A stretch of DNA of 32,000 bases. Source: Aeropyrum pernix K1. Its GTDB lineage: Archaea; Thermoproteota; Thermoprotei_A; Sulfolobales; Acidilobaceae. The translations under genes were made by a program, and so were the position numbers. The first letter of the stretch is position 1; the number at the start of each line of letters is the position of its first letter. The stretch is from positions 120,001 to 152,000 of the forward strand of contig NC_000854.2 in the NCBI RefSeq assembly GCF_000011125.1, given 5' to 3'. A model generated the notes under the pieces. The model was not told where the DNA came from. It did no database searches and saw nothing but the letters and a program-made list of their open reading frames with translations. Positions 8,432-17,966 of this stretch are shown here, piece after piece.

Positions 8432-9679
8432 CTAAACCAGATTAAATATCCTCGCCGAGTCTACTAAGGCTTTAACCCCGGGGAGGGGCCGTCCCGACAG
8501 ATAATACAAGAGTGCCCCGCCCCCGGTGCTCAAGTGGCCCACCTTACTACTAAGATGTTCGGGGAGATCTCTAAGTATAGCCCTGAAATGCCCGCCCCCG
8601 AATACAGTGTAGGCGCCTGAAGACAGGGCGGCCTTGACCAGCTCGACAGTGCCCCTCCTGAACCTGGGGTCCTCTATAACCCCGGCAGGACCCCTCATCA
8701 CTATTACCCTGGCACCCCTCATCTTCGCTCTAAAATACTCTACCGTCGACGGCCCTATGTCCTTTGGCACACCCTCTGTCAGCTCGTCCGCAGGCTTTAT
8801 GTAGATCTTATCGCCAACCTCCACAACGAAGTCTATAGGGGTCCTAACCCTTCTCCCCTCCTCAACGATTCTCCTAGCCTTCGCTATAGCCTCCTCACCC
8901 CCCTTCTTTTCCAGGAGCTTTGTCACGTCTCTCGGAAGCCTGTAGCCACGGGCATAGAGGAAGAGGAGGCCAACGAGGCCCGTGGTCAGCACTTCGTCTG
9001 CAACTCCAGATGAGGATAGGTAGTCCACTATCCTGACGGCATCCTTCAGCTTCGCGCCCCCCAGCACGACGACCTTGGGTCTCTCACCCGAGGATACTGC
9101 TCGGTTTAGCGAGCGGATCTCCTTCTCCAAGACTCGCCCGCCCGCAGAGGGGAGGACGTAGGGAAAGCCGACAATGCTTGCCTGGCTCCTGTGAGAAGCG
9201 GAGAAAGCCTCGTTAACATACATGTTAGCTAGCTTGGAGAGCCTGGTGACCATAATACCTCTAGCATGGACAGTGCCCTCAGCCTCAATAAAGTCCTCGC
9301 TAATTATCCTAGTATTGTCAAGCAGCACTGCCTCTCCCGGTCTCAGCGATGCAACTGTCCTTAGAGCCTCAGGCCCAATTACATCCATCACAAATCTCAC
9401 TTCAACGCCCGAATATCTTGACAGTAATGATGCATGTCTCTCCAGGCTGACGAAATCGCTTTCAAGAGGCCTGCCCTGGTGGCTGAGAGCGACCACCGCT
9501 GCACCCCTATCGCAGAGTTCCCTTAGGGTTCCTGCAGCCTCAGCTATACGGGAGTCGTCCAGTATTTCGCCTCCATTACCTACAGGGCTATTAAGGTCGA
9601 AACGGACTATAACCTTCTTACCCCTAACATCAACGTCGTCCAGAGTAGCGAGCCTGCCCCCCATATACTCTAAAGGCAA
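8432..9679 (-). CDS. pgk: Phosphoglycerate kinase
   Basis: RFDLNSP (the RxDxNxP motif), the SHQGRP-type segment and the C-terminal STGGGALL motif. TTG at 9679; the ATG at 9664 is an alternative start. Confidence 0.9.
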   Translation of the reverse strand: MPLEYMGGRLATLDDVDVRGKKVIVRFDLNSPVGNGGEILDDSRIAEAAGTLRELCDRGAAVVALSHQGRPLESDFVSLERHASLLSRYSGVEVRFVMDVIGPEALRTVASLRPGEAVLLDNTRIISEDFIEAEGTVHARGIMVTRLSKLANMYVNEAFSASHRSQASIVGFPYVLPSAGGRVLEKEIRSLNRAVSSGERPKVVVLGGAKLKDAVRIVDYLSSSGVADEVLTTGLVGLLFLYARGYRLPRDVTKLLEKKGGEEAIAKARRIVEEGRRVRTPIDFVVEVGDKIYIKPADELTEGVPKDIGPSTVEYFRAKMRGARVIVMRGPAGVIEDPRFRRGTVELVKAALSSGAYTVFGGGHFRAILRDLPEHLSSKVGHLSTGGGALLYYLSGRPLPGVKALVDSARIFNLV

Positions 9680-9983
9680 GGCCGCTCACCACCCCTAACC
9701 AACGCTGGTTCCAGTATTGTGAGGCGCCGCGACAAGCCGAGGCGACGCCGTAGTAGGCTATGTGAGGATTTTACCACCCGCGAGGCGCCTCCCAGTTTAA
9801 GCAAGGGTTCGCGGCTGAAGGGTTTTATCTTACCCGGGCAAGGGGTTATAGTGTTTAGGCGTAAGATGTAACGGGATTCAAGCCTCTTAAAAGCCGCTTA
9901 ACAGGCTCAGGCCGTCTCTCAGGTTCTAGACCGCCTACGGCTAAAGCCACAGCCTCCCATTAATATGCAATGGGTGGCACCCC

Positions 9984-10643
9984 TTGCCCGTCACGGTAGA
10001 GTGGTGCTATCACGCTTATATCCTCCTTAAAGCCGGTGATGTTTTGATGGCCATAGATCCTCATGACGGGGGCAGCCTCGGGCTTCCCACTTGTAGGGTT
10101 GATGCTGACTATATTCTGGTTACGCACGACCATTTCGACCACAACGCCGTAGAGGTGGCCAGGGGTAAAAGGACTAAGGAGGTCCTCAAGAGATTTTACG
10201 GTTCGAAGAACCTCGGGCCCTTCACCGTTACTGGTGTAAAAGTTTATCACGACAAGGCTGGCGGGACTTTGAGGGGAGAGGTGGCGGCCTACAGGGTCGA
10301 GGTTGAGGGCTTGTCCCTCGTACACCTGGGCGACATAGGCCACGTTATAACATCGAGCAGCCATCCGGAGCTGTCGAGACCTGACGTTCTATTCGTGCCT
10401 GTTGGAGGCACGTTTACCGTTAACGCCGCGGAAGCCTGGAAAATAGTGGAGAACCTCAGGCCCAGGATAGCCGTGCCCATCCACTATTGGATGCCGGGAA
10501 GCCACCTACCAATAGACCCCCTGGACAGGTTCCTGCAGGTAGCCAGGGCGGGGAGGCAGCCCATTGAGGGTAGGGTTCTAGAGCTCTCACCCGAGAAGCT
10601 GCCGGAGAAGACTACGATATACTATTTCAAGGTTCAATCCTAG
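9984..10643 (+). CDS. Metallo-beta-lactamase-fold hydrolase (UPF0173-like)
   Basis: HDHFDHN (the HxHxDH zinc motif) and the N-terminal WCYHAYILL...IDP pattern are typical of the small MBL hydrolase family. TTG start. Confidence 0.6.
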   Translation: MPVTVEWCYHAYILLKAGDVLMAIDPHDGGSLGLPTCRVDADYILVTHDHFDHNAVEVARGKRTKEVLKRFYGSKNLGPFTVTGVKVYHDKAGGTLRGEVAAYRVEVEGLSLVHLGDIGHVITSSSHPELSRPDVLFVPVGGTFTVNAAEAWKIVENLRPRIAVPIHYWMPGSHLPIDPLDRFLQVARAGRQPIEGRVLELSPEKLPEKTTIYYFKVQS

Positions 10644-11800
10644 ACGGGCTTCCTCAGCATGTTGACATTCACCGGAGAGCCCTTGCTGTAGACACCGGGG
10701 GTGAGGATAGCGTAGGCGTCAGCCTTAGCCAGCTCCCTGCATAGGGCAATACCCCACTCGAGAGGCTGAAGCCCCCCATCCACTATTTTGAAGAGGACGG
10801 CCGAAGGCATTCTTCTACCTAGCCTGTAGTCCCGGACTAAAGGCAAGGTCAGGCTCCTCAGCAGAGGCTTGCCGGTAAGAGCTTTGAGGGCCCTGAAAAG
10901 GGTTTCATGTAGCGATATAGCTGCGCTCACGCAGCCGCCTGGAAGCATAGTCACTATCCTGTTCCTCACCACGGCTAGTCCTCCTCGCTTCACAACGCTG
11001 GCGCCAAAGCCCGGCACCACTAGCTGGCCCATGCTCGCCACGAGAGCCTTCAGAGAGTCTCTCCTGCCAACACTGCTTCCTCCGATGGTTACGAGAATGT
11101 CGGCTTCGTCCAGAGCCCGGTTTATAGCCTCTTCAAGCTCCTCCCGCCCGTCGGGAACAGGGGGTACGAGCCTCGGCTCCGACCAGCCCCTAAGGAGGCC
11201 GGTCACCATAGGGCCAATATAGTCTAGACTTCCATCACCAGTCATCGTCTCCGGATGCAGGAGCTCGGAGCCTACGGGCATCACAATGCTTTTTATCCTG
11301 TACACCTTCACACTTTTAACACCCGCCTGCATTATGAGGGCCGCTAGGTAGGGCGATATCACATCTCCGCGTGACGCGAGGCGGGAGCCTCTGGCTACGA
11401 ACTCTCCGGGCCTGAAGACGTTTTCCCACTTAGAGACCCCCGCCGAAACGTATATATAGCCGTCTTCAACGCGGGCGGCCTCCCTCCTGACCACCGCATC
11501 AGCACCCGGTGGTAGGGGGTCTCCGGTATCCACTGGCACAGCTTCACCAGAAGCTACTGGACCCCGATCTTTGAGGCGCAGCCTCGCACCCGGCTTGGCG
11601 CTGGTGGAGTCTACAGCGTATCCATCCATAGCTGCGAGGGGTTCTTCAGGGGTGTCATTAGGGCTCTCGAGGTCCTCAGCCAGGATCCTGCCCACAGACT
11701 GGCTGGAGGGGATTATCTCAGTGTGTAGGCGGTAATCCAGCTTCAGAAACTCTATCCTCTTCCTCGCCTCCTCCACACCAAGTAACGCGTTAGGGTTCAC
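10640..11800 (-). CDS. moeA: Molybdopterin molybdenumtransferase MoeA
   Basis: AAMDGYAV signature, a MoeA domain layout and a GGSSVG-type MoCF-binding segment. It overlaps mobB by 11 nt, consistent with an operon. Confidence 0.85.
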   Translation of the reverse strand: MNPNALLGVEEARKRIEFLKLDYRLHTEIIPSSQSVGRILAEDLESPNDTPEEPLAAMDGYAVDSTSAKPGARLRLKDRGPVASGEAVPVDTGDPLPPGADAVVRREAARVEDGYIYVSAGVSKWENVFRPGEFVARGSRLASRGDVISPYLAALIMQAGVKSVKVYRIKSIVMPVGSELLHPETMTGDGSLDYIGPMVTGLLRGWSEPRLVPPVPDGREELEEAINRALDEADILVTIGGSSVGRRDSLKALVASMGQLVVPGFGASVVKRGGLAVVRNRIVTMLPGGCVSAAISLHETLFRALKALTGKPLLRSLTLPLVRDYRLGRRMPSAVLFKIVDGGLQPLEWGIALCRELAKADAYAILTPGVYSKGSPVNVNMLRKPV

Positions 11801-12218
11801 TTCCCACGCCCTCCTTTAAACATTCCTCCACAAACTCGATAATAGATTCCTCAATACGGCCGGGCCTCTTGGTTGACAAGTCTATTTTCAGGCCGCCTAG
11901 TCTCAGATTCTTGAACCCCTCGACGACTATAATATCTACTTTTCGAGCGAGATCTTCCAGAACAGCATGGAGGCCAGTGTCCCTGGTGAACACGGCCACC
12001 CTCTCACCGCGGCCTTTGACCACTGCAGCATAGCTGGCGCCAGCCTCCTCAAGGAACCTCCACGAGTCTTTACCGGGAGTGTCAATATCGTGGTGTGTAT
12101 GCTTGACAACAGCAACTTTAATTCCCCTTCCGCTTAACTGCCTCACTACACTTACTATCAGGCTAGTCTTTCCAGAGCCACTGGGTCCAACAATCTGGAC
12201 TATACACGGCACTTCCAC
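11790..12218 (-). CDS. mobB: Molybdopterin-guanine dinucleotide biosynthesis adaptor MobB
   Basis: Walker A GPSGSGKTSL followed by VAVVKHTHHD, the MobB signature. 142 aa. Confidence 0.85.
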   Translation of the reverse strand: MEVPCIVQIVGPSGSGKTSLIVSVVRQLSGRGIKVAVVKHTHHDIDTPGKDSWRFLEEAGASYAAVVKGRGERVAVFTRDTGLHAVLEDLARKVDIIVVEGFKNLRLGGLKIDLSTKRPGRIEESIIEFVEECLKEGVGSEP

Positions 12219-12239
12219 CCCAACACCCCCTCCGGCACC

Positions 12240-13085
12240 TTAGCCCAAGCCTCCAGCCATAGACTCCTGCTGTATGAGGCTAGTGGAGACGTTGAGCGCG
12301 GCAGCATCCTTAAGCACGTGGGAAGCAAGTCTGAGCAGCCCAAGTCGGCGATATAGCTTGTACTCGGCTTCCAATGCCAACGCCGAATAGTAGCTGTTCA
12401 TTGTAGAAGATATTTTGTAGAGTATGGAGTGGCCCTCAAGGAGTATGTATCCCTCCGCCGGAGCGGGGACTCTAGAAGGCCTCCAGAGGTCCTGGGGGGT
12501 GTTAACAGTTGCCAGTGCAAGTGGACTGCGTGTTTCAGAGGAGCCTAGGAGGATTAGGGGGTCCAGGCTCCTTAGTATAGCAGACGCCCTCTTCTCGGCC
12601 CTACCCCAACAGGCTGTCCAGGCGGCGGTAAGCAAGCTTTTCCTGCGGGCTGCGAGGAAGAGTGGATGCACAATACCCTCGCCCGAGAAGTATGATGCCC
12701 CCGAACCTATGGCTTTGGAGGCGTTGTATATCGGCTCTAGATCCCTCCAAGAGGCCCATGGGGCGTCAACAGGCATGAAGACTAGATTACTGTAGCTAAC
12801 CAACGTTGAAGCAGCTGTGAGGAACGCTCTTAGAGGCCCCTCGCAGGGGGCCTGCTCAACTAGGTCCACTATGACTCTTCTACTCCCAACAAGCCTAGCC
12901 ACAGGCCGCTCAAGCGCCGGGGAAACAGAGACATAGACGTCTGCAGGCCCGCTGGAGAGGGCCTCCACCGCCCTTTCAACAAGGCTAATACCATCCATCA
13001 TGGCGAGAGCCTTCGGCCTCCCGAAACGCCTCCCAACCCCCCCTGCTAAGACCACTGCAGCAACGTCTGCGGGGATAGGATTCAC
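12240..13085 (-). CDS. mobA: Molybdenum cofactor guanylyltransferase MobA-like, with C-terminal extension
   Basis: The N-terminal VLAGGVGRRFGRPKALA matches the MobA LAGGxxxRMG..K motif. It heads the mobA-mobB-moeA run. At 281 aa it is about 85 aa longer than a typical MobA. Confidence 0.65.
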   Translation of the reverse strand: MNPIPADVAAVVLAGGVGRRFGRPKALAMMDGISLVERAVEALSSGPADVYVSVSPALERPVARLVGSRRVIVDLVEQAPCEGPLRAFLTAASTLVSYSNLVFMPVDAPWASWRDLEPIYNASKAIGSGASYFSGEGIVHPLFLAARRKSLLTAAWTACWGRAEKRASAILRSLDPLILLGSSETRSPLALATVNTPQDLWRPSRVPAPAEGYILLEGHSILYKISSTMNSYYSALALEAEYKLYRRLGLLRLASHVLKDAAALNVSTSLIQQESMAGGLG

Positions 13086-13177
13086 CCCCTAGTCTCCGGA
13101 CAGCTACTGAAGGGTAATAATGTGCTTAAGCTATAAAGGCTTCACGAGGCCTAGCTAACCCTGGTGGGTGTTGGGAA

Positions 13178-13381
13178 GTGCCGGTTGAGTTGAAGAGTTT
13201 CGACGAGTTCGTGAAAGTCGTTGAGAGGGCTGTCGAGTGCCGCGTCAAGAGAGGGAAGGATGTGGTAAAGATCAAAGCGAGGACAAAGAGGTATCTCTAC
13301 ACTCTAAAGGTTCCCCCGGAGAAGGAGGCCGAGGTCCTGGAGCAGGTTAAGGCGAAGTGCAAGAACCTCGTGGAACTCTAG
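13178..13381 (+). CDS. rpl38e: Large-subunit ribosomal protein L38e
   Basis: 67 aa, sequence FDEFVKVVER...VKIKARTKRYLYTLKVPPEKEAEVLEQ. This parallels eukaryotic eL38 (IKDFL...VKFKVRCSRYLYTLVI..KEKAEKLKQ). GTG start with a TATA-like box at about 13130-13138. Confidence 0.8.
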   Translation: MPVELKSFDEFVKVVERAVECRVKRGKDVVKIKARTKRYLYTLKVPPEKEAEVLEQVKAKCKNLVEL

Positions 13382-13390
13382 CCTCCGAGG

Positions 13391-14653
13391 CTAGACCTCG
13401 AGAACGTCCATGTTGCCGGGGGTCTCCACCTCTCTAATACCCAACTCCTCCCTAATCCTCGTCTTCAGGGCCTCCTGAGCCTTGGGGTCTCCGTGGACGA
13501 GCACAACCTTCTCAACCCCATTTACACTCCTGAGGAGTTTTATAATGCCGCTCTGATCTATATGGCTGGAGAAGTCGAACCACTCAACCCTAGCCAGCAC
13601 CGGTATCCTCTCCTCGCCGAAAACACCCTCCTCGAGTATCATCCTGCCCGGTGTTCCGGGTGCCTGGTAGCTCACCATGAAAATTCCGTTCTTCTTGTTA
13701 GTAGCCATTTTCCTGGCATAGTAGAGGCTGGGCCCGCCCTTTAGCATGCCAGCGCTGGCTATTATGACTCCCGGCTTTTTGAACGCCCTCCTCCTGTCTT
13801 GCCAGCCAGACACAATGCGGAACTCGCTCATAACCTTCATCAAAAGCCCCGGGTTTAATATGAAACGCGGGTTGGCGGCGTATATCTCGGCCACCTGCCT
13901 AATCATCCCGTCGAGCCAAACAGGATACTCAAACCCCCTCTCGGCCAGTATCATGGCTATCTCCTGGCCGCGGGAAACACTGAACGCGGGTACAAGCACC
14001 GTTCCCCCCTGGGAGACCACATCCATGACTGCGTTGTAGAACCTCTCCTCCGAGACACTCCTGGGGGGGTGATCGCTGTCTCCGTATGTAGACTCGACTA
14101 TGACTACGTCGGCCTTAGCGCCCTCTAGCCTGGCCGGCCCCACAAGCTTGGTCTCGATCACGTTGACATCGCTCGTGTAAAGGATCCTCCTGCCGTCAAC
14201 CTCCACGAGGACGGCTGTACTTCCCGGTATGTGCCCCGAGTAGAACGTCTTGAAGGCGAACCGGCCAGCCTCGTACTCTCGTCCATAGTCTATATACTCG
14301 GCCGTTCCCAGCATGTCCTCGACACTTCTCTCATCGTAAGGTAGATAGGCCCCGTTGAGCTTTATCATGTCGTACAGCAGGAGACGGGAAACGTGAAGGG
14401 TAACCCTAGTCCCAAATACCTTCGGCCCCTGCGATACATAGAGGTAAGGGGCAGCGCCGATGTGGTCCAAATGGCTATGAGTCAGCACAAGCCCATCCAG
14501 ATCCCTAGGCCTCACGTCACCCGGGAACACAGGCCTATCGTTCTCGTCGAAGTTCACACCATAGTCTAAGAGGAGGCCCCTGCCTCCGCTCTCCACCAGT
14601 ATAGCAGCCCTGCCAACCTCCCTACCGCTACCTAAAATCCTAATCCTCGCCAT
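13391..14653 (-). CDS. Beta-CASP ribonuclease of the metallo-beta-lactamase superfamily (aCPSF2-type, no KH domains)
   Basis: HSHLDHIG (HxHxDH), later Asp/His beta-CASP motifs and C-terminal VLVHGD. The 420-aa size fits aCPSF2. Confidence 0.75.
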   Translation of the reverse strand: MARIRILGSGREVGRAAILVESGGRGLLLDYGVNFDENDRPVFPGDVRPRDLDGLVLTHSHLDHIGAAPYLYVSQGPKVFGTRVTLHVSRLLLYDMIKLNGAYLPYDERSVEDMLGTAEYIDYGREYEAGRFAFKTFYSGHIPGSTAVLVEVDGRRILYTSDVNVIETKLVGPARLEGAKADVVIVESTYGDSDHPPRSVSEERFYNAVMDVVSQGGTVLVPAFSVSRGQEIAMILAERGFEYPVWLDGMIRQVAEIYAANPRFILNPGLLMKVMSEFRIVSGWQDRRRAFKKPGVIIASAGMLKGGPSLYYARKMATNKKNGIFMVSYQAPGTPGRMILEEGVFGEERIPVLARVEWFDFSSHIDQSGIIKLLRSVNGVEKVVLVHGDPKAQEALKTRIREELGIREVETPGNMDVLEV

Positions 14654-14820
14654 CTCACCATCTCCACCATAGACACCGCGTAGGCAGCGTCATCTTCAGG
14701 GCAAAGCTCCTGCCAAGCCGCTATCTAAACATTTTGTCTCGTAACGCTTAAATAGCGATTCCCCGGCTTCGCTAGCCAGAGAACCTAATGATAATTATGC
14801 CCAGATAACTCATTAAGGTT

Positions 14821-15162
14821 GTGTGGTGCCAAGCGGTGCCTGTGAATGTAGATAGGCTGAAGGACGCAGTTGAGGTGCTTGGAAACAGGGTAAGGATTAG
14901 GGTTTACGTTAAGCCGGAGGGTAGGGAGAGGAGGCTGAGGCTGGAGGAGGGGGAGCTGGTGTTCTATACAGACGAGCCCCCGCTTGAGGGGAGGGCTAAC
15001 GCTAGTCTCATCAACTTCCTGGCGAGGGGGCTGAAGGTTAGTGTAAAGAACATTGAGATAGTCCACGGTGCTAGGAGTAGGAGTAAGGTTGTAGAGATTA
15101 GGGACGTCGCCGATCCAGATGCTTTGTTGGAGAGGCTTGCATCCATTGTTGATGAGGGTTAG
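14821..15162 (+). CDS. DUF167/YggU-family protein (UPF0235)
   Basis: GRANASLINFLARGLKVSVKNIEIVHGARSRSKVVEI matches the YggU core (G.AN..L..FL...L.V....I.I..G..SR.K...I). GTG start. Confidence 0.7.
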   Translation: MWCQAVPVNVDRLKDAVEVLGNRVRIRVYVKPEGRERRLRLEEGELVFYTDEPPLEGRANASLINFLARGLKVSVKNIEIVHGARSRSKVVEIRDVADPDALLERLASIVDEG

Positions 15163-15192
15163 GAAGCTATAGCCACGTACTAGAGGCGGGGT

Positions 15193-16005
15193 GTGAAGGG
15201 GCTTTTGACGCTGGCGCCGCTAGATCTTTCACTAGCCGATATGGCTTTGAGGATCTTGATGGGGGTGGCTGCCGCCGCCCTAGCCTCTCTTAGCGGGGTG
15301 GGTGGAGGGGTCTTCTTCGTCCCCATATTCCTCTTCATAGTGGGCCTCCCCCCGAACATAGCTGTGGGTAGCAGTAAGGTGGTTGTGGCCATAGTCTCCA
15401 TAGTTAGCGGTCTAACGTATCTCAGGCAGGGAACTACGAGGCTCTCGAGGGCAGCGCCCCTAATGGTCTCGATGATACCTGGAGCCGCCCTCGGCGCCTA
15501 TCTCGTAGCCTATATTGATCCCAGGCTGCTCGAGGTTATACTAGGCCTTTTCATCACATACTACAGCCTTAGACTGCTGTTAGTAACAGCTAGAAAGGCG
15601 TTGGCGAGAGAGGCTAAGCCGGTGGAAGAGGAGGGATCGCGGGGTCCGAGACCGGGGGGCCGCTATCTAATGCTTGCCACCGGCGTTGCGGCGGGGCTGT
15701 TCGCGGGCCTCACAGGAACAGGAGGCGGTGCCATACTAGTTCCCATGCTTACACTACTAAGGATAGCAAAGTTGAAGGAGGCTGTAGCCATAAGCATGCT
15801 TAGCATAAGCCTGGGTGCGGTGGTATCCGCCGCGATACACGTGTGGACGGGAGTGGTAGACTTTGGGGGTGCAGCCCCATTCGCCTTGGGAGCCCTGATC
15901 GGGAGTATCCTAGGGCCCATGGCTGCGAGCAGGCTAAGCACGGATGCGCTTCGCCCTATTGTGGCGCTCGTGCTTCTTCTAGTAGCTCTCCGGCTACTCT
16001 TCTAG
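15193..16005 (+). CDS. TauE/SafE (DUF81) family anion exporter, membrane protein
   Basis: Two hydrophobic repeats each contain G(V/T)GGG(V/A) motifs (LSGVGGGVFFVP and LTGTGGGAILVP). 270 aa with about 7-8 TM segments. Confidence 0.7.
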   Translation: MKGLLTLAPLDLSLADMALRILMGVAAAALASLSGVGGGVFFVPIFLFIVGLPPNIAVGSSKVVVAIVSIVSGLTYLRQGTTRLSRAAPLMVSMIPGAALGAYLVAYIDPRLLEVILGLFITYYSLRLLLVTARKALAREAKPVEEEGSRGPRPGGRYLMLATGVAAGLFAGLTGTGGGAILVPMLTLLRIAKLKEAVAISMLSISLGAVVSAAIHVWTGVVDFGGAAPFALGALIGSILGPMAASRLSTDALRPIVALVLLLVALRLLF

Positions 16006-17212
16006 ACCCCCATGCCCGCCCCTCCTCCAGGAACCTTCTCCTCATGTAGAGGTGGGCGAGGGCTAGCGTGTATATGGCCGCGGTCAGCCTGAGAGGGAGC
16101 TCCAGGTTTATATCGAGGAGGGCGCCCCCTATCGCCCTCCCCGCCGTAGCTGGAAGTGTGAAGCTCAGACTTAGTATCGAGCTCGCCGAGCCCCTCCTCT
16201 CCCTGGGCACAACTCTCATGGTAAGTGCCTCTAGCAGAGGGTTCGCAGCGTTCATTAGAACAGTCCTCACTACATATATAGCCGCGGCGACCACGTAGCT
16301 GTCAACTAGCGTCATCGCCACAAGCAGGGGCACGCTGAGGCTTGTGAGGGCTATGTAGACCTTGAGGGTACTTCCCACCCTCTCAGCTATCCTTGATGCC
16401 CCAACGGCTACCAGAGCCATCGAAACCTGCTCCAGGGCGTTGACAACGCCTATCTCAGCGCTTGTGACACCATATTTGGCGGCGAAATAGTAGGCTATGT
16501 TGTGTATCGACATCGACGCGCCGAGGCCTATAACCATGTTGAAGAGTATGAGAAGCCTGAACCGCCTGTCTGAGACCGCCTCTCTGAACCCCCTGAGGAG
16601 TTCGCCCGGGCCGATGCTGGCCCGTCCCTCGGCCGATACCTCTTCTCTTACGGCGAGAGCGATGCCCGCTTGTAGGAGGCTTAGGGGGGCTACAAGCAGT
16701 ATTGTGGCCCTGTAGGCTTCAAGCAGCGTTAGGCTGGTTATAGAGGATAGGAGGGGTGGGATGACGCCCATTAGGCTTCCTAGAGCGCCGCCTACCATGT
16801 TGCTTGCCATGAAGAATGTGAAGCTCCTATGCAGCATCTCGTCCCTGCCTGAGCGTGCTACAAGGGCTGTAGTGGCGCTCCAGGATATCCCCATGGAGAC
16901 GCCGCTCAGCGTGAAGCCAGCCGCCATGAACACGGTGCTGGGCACGGCTAGGAGGGTGAATGATGCGGCTTTGACAATGTAGCCTGCAGCCACGACCCGC
17001 CGGGCACCTAAAGCGTCGCTTAGAGGGCCTGAGAGTAGAGTGAATATTATGCTGGTCACTGTGGCTGTCGAGGTTAGCAGGCCCCACTCTGTGCCTGAGA
17101 AGCCGGCGGAGTACATGTAGGGGGCTAGCACTGTGACTATCACTCCGAAGGATAGGCCGTTGAGCGCTGCTAGAACCAGCAGTGGCGCCTGCACCCCTCC
17201 TATGGATTTCAA
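15956..17212 (-). CDS. Major facilitator superfamily transporter
   Basis: 418-aa polytopic protein with an MFS-like GPLSDALGARR loop between TM2 and TM3. It shows 6+6 TM symmetry and a charged central loop. TTG start. Confidence 0.6.
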   Translation of the reverse strand: MKSIGGVQAPLLVLAALNGLSFGVIVTVLAPYMYSAGFSGTEWGLLTSTATVTSIIFTLLSGPLSDALGARRVVAAGYIVKAASFTLLAVPSTVFMAAGFTLSGVSMGISWSATTALVARSGRDEMLHRSFTFFMASNMVGGALGSLMGVIPPLLSSITSLTLLEAYRATILLVAPLSLLQAGIALAVREEVSAEGRASIGPGELLRGFREAVSDRRFRLLILFNMVIGLGASMSIHNIAYYFAAKYGVTSAEIGVVNALEQVSMALVAVGASRIAERVGSTLKVYIALTSLSVPLLVAMTLVDSYVVAAAIYVVRTVLMNAANPLLEALTMRVVPRERRGSASSILSLSFTLPATAGRAIGGALLDINLELPLRLTAAIYTLALAHLYMRRRFLEEGRAWGSRRVAGELLEEARAPQ

Positions 17213-17398
17213 GCCTTCTGGCCACCTCTCAACAGCACTTGTGAATATTCTACGTTGAAGGTATATATCGGTAGACTATATAAGCGGGTTTACGGTGGGA
17301 GAAAGCGTTTAACCCCCAGGCGCCTCATAGCGGTAGAGCGGGGATACCACTTTATCAGGTATAACCATAATAGGGTGGTATGTGGGGACTAGAGGGTT

Positions 17399-17965
17399 AT
17401 GACTAGGTATCTGGATATCTCGCTCGGTATAGTTAGGGACTATTATGAGGCTGCGCCCGTCAAAGTGGTCTTCGTGAAAGACCACCCACGCCTGCCCACC
17501 CCAGGCGGCATTATAAACGCTAGGCGAGGCGACGAGGTGGAGCTGCCCAGGTGGCAGGCTCGGATGCTTAGGGAGAAGGGTTATGTTGAGTATAAGGAGA
17601 AGATTGTCGACATCGACTACGTCAACCTCGTCCACTACCACGAAGTCAAGAAGAGTGCAGCCAACAGCCTCCTGGGGGTTCCAAGCGACTTCTACCTAAG
17701 GGTCAAGGAGCTTGTGGAGGACCTGGATAGAAGGATAAGGGAGAACCCAGGCTACATGCTCTTCCAAGACAGGGAGAACGTTGAGAGGGCTATCATGCAG
17801 ATATCGGAGAGGAGGCTTGTGAAGATGATGAGACTCGTCCTAAGCGGCGGCGGGGAGGAGGTTAGAGAGAGGCTTACCGTTGAGGAGAACCTAGTCTACA
17901 GTATGGCAGAGGAGGTTGTGAAGGGTTGGAAGGAGTATGTTAAGAGCCTGGTAGGCCGGAGGTGA
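17399..17965 (+). CDS. gins23: GINS complex subunit (Gins23-type)
   Basis: The 188-aa ORF ends 1 nt before the mcm start. It has a VELPRWQARMLREKGYVE motif of GINS type. The crenarchaeal gins23-mcm operon arrangement is established knowledge. Confidence 0.6.
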   Translation: MTRYLDISLGIVRDYYEAAPVKVVFVKDHPRLPTPGGIINARRGDEVELPRWQARMLREKGYVEYKEKIVDIDYVNLVHYHEVKKSAANSLLGVPSDFYLRVKELVEDLDRRIRENPGYMLFQDRENVERAIMQISERRLVKMMRLVLSGGGEEVRERLTVEENLVYSMAEEVVKGWKEYVKSLVGRR

Positions 17966-17966
17966 T

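Noticed and set aside
9427-9486. AUGAUGC - 13 nt - CUGA - 32 nt - CUGA, antisense to pgk.
   Set aside because: The C box is imperfect, there is no C' box, the spacings do not fit the 12-nt guide rule, and it is entirely within a well-supported CDS. The same applies to other isolated UGAUGA hits inside genes, such as those near 2411, 3448, 4703, 8695, 15553, 17825 and 25306.
17319-17345. tRNA-like fragment GCGCCTCATAGCGGTAGAGCGGGG (a D-arm look-alike) in the MFS/gins spacer.
   Set aside because: No anticodon arm, T arm (TTCRAAT) or acceptor complement can be built. It is probably chance similarity within a promoter region.
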